From IMG/VR virus record IMGVR_UViG_3300027573_000964: a stretch of 64,000 nucleotides of DNA. One strand, written 5' to 3'. Position 1 is the first letter of the stretch. Every line of letters begins with the position of its first letter. Of this stretch, positions 63,411 through 64,000 are shown one piece after another. The notes below the pieces were generated by a model, which ran no database searches, was not told where the DNA came from, and saw only the letters and a program-made list of their open reading frames with translations. Source of the stretch: a virus. The position numbers and the translations under genes are program-made.

Positions 63411-63412
63411 TT

Positions 63413-64000
63413 TTACTTACCAACTTCTTTTGCTATCCGTTTATAGGTAGCTAAAATTTCTTCCGTATCGCAACAAAGACCACCAGGCACTTGTAGAGTG
63501 TCGTGCATTACGTTGTAATCCACAACTCGCCTAGCTAAACGCAGTAGAAACTTAACATCTTCTGCTTTCATTTCTACTGTAGGTTTAGTCTTTTCGTCCC
63601 AGTCTTTACCAAGCTCCCTATATTCAAGCTTACGCTTCTCTTTAGTAGCTCTAGCTATACCGTACTCCATACCCTTGCTAATGCCAAGGTCTGTATAAAC
63701 TACAGACCTATGCATGTACTTCCCTATAGCAAGGCCGGCTTCAATACCAAGCATACGCTCATCCGGCTTGTTATCATCAAGAACACCAATCTGTGTGTAT
63801 AATAAGTGACTAGCATATGGGGCCTCGCCGCGCAATAAGCAATCGCGCATACAGGCTCTAGCATATCTTATATTCTTATTTACATCACCAGCAAATGGAC
63901 TCTCTAATATTACTGGCTTGAGTTTTGGAGTACTCTTTGCGCTTGCCATTTTACTTCCAGTTAATCCTTGGACAATAGTTTTGTTTGGCGGCCTTAGCAT
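63413..64000 (-). CDS. nucleoside 2-deoxyribosyltransferase-like / DUF4406-like protein (start at window edge, may be truncated)
   Basis: 195 aa; ILESPFAGD ... DLGISKGMEYGIARA resembles NDT YxAGPxF / DxGTxFEIGYA. Confidence 0.35.
   Translation of the reverse strand: MLRPPNKTIVQGLTGSKMASAKSTPKLKPVILESPFAGDVNKNIRYARACMRDCLLRGEAPYASHLLYTQIGVLDDNKPDERMLGIEAGLAIGKYMHRSVVYTDLGISKGMEYGIARATKEKRKLEYRELGKDWDEKTKPTVEMKAEDVKFLLRLARRVVDYNVMHDTLQVPGGLCCDTEEILATYKRIAKEVGK

Noticed and set aside
1-64000. Prophage or mobile-element boundaries, integrase, transposase, CRISPR array
   Set aside because: None were detected. Gene content (ligases, tRNA array, HNH, M23, nucleotide metabolism) and uniform orientation indicate a contiguous internal region of a virulent phage genome.

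Overview
This 64 kb window reads as a segment of a large, AT-rich, virulent-type dsDNA phage genome, such as a T4-like or huge phage. Essentially every credible gene is on the minus strand. There are about 130 ORFs of 60 aa or more, tightly packed, many with ATGA or TAATG start/stop overlaps that suggest translational coupling. The few gaps hold ORFs shorter than 60 aa. No transposase, integrase or CRISPR array is visible.

By eye I identified 20 tRNA or tRNA-like genes, all on the minus strand, in two clusters (15.5-23.6 kb and scattered from 33 kb to 48 kb). They include a well-folded tRNA with a CUA (amber-reading) anticodon, a tRNA-His with a genomically encoded G-1, and at least two structurally atypical tRNA-like genes.

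Recognisable protein modules are:
- **RNA/tRNA end-healing and sealing toolkit.** A Thg1-like 3'-5' nucleotidyltransferase, a T4 Rnl1-like RNA ligase, an Rnl2-family ligase fused to an N-terminal Myf/EMAP-type tRNA-binding domain, a second stand-alone Rnl2-type KxDG domain, a 2H phosphoesterase, three Pol-beta-fold nucleotidyltransferases, an HD phosphohydrolase, a DnaQ-like exonuclease, HAD phosphatases and a metallophosphoesterase.
- **Replication.** An ATP-dependent DNA ligase.
- **Translation-related genes.** Homologues of IF-1, a CspA cold-shock protein and a PTH2 peptidyl-tRNA hydrolase fusion.
- **NAD+ metabolism island (about 50-60.5 kb).** PncA nicotinamidase, NAPRT-type nicotinate phosphoribosyltransferase, glutamine-dependent NAD synthetase NadE, an NAD-kinase-like protein, a NADAR domain protein, a Nudix hydrolase (at 35.5 kb) and an SPFH/band-7 protein. 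This looks like a phage NAD+-reconstitution / anti-defence module.
- **Other auxiliary genes.** Methylglyoxal synthase, an M23 peptidase, two HNH endonucleases and several multi-copy small-protein paralog families.

All calls were made by reading the sequence and ORF translations; no searches were run. CDS coordinates are taken from the supplied ORF track and trimmed where an ORF ran through a tRNA. RNA coordinates were counted by hand and may be off by 1-2 nt.
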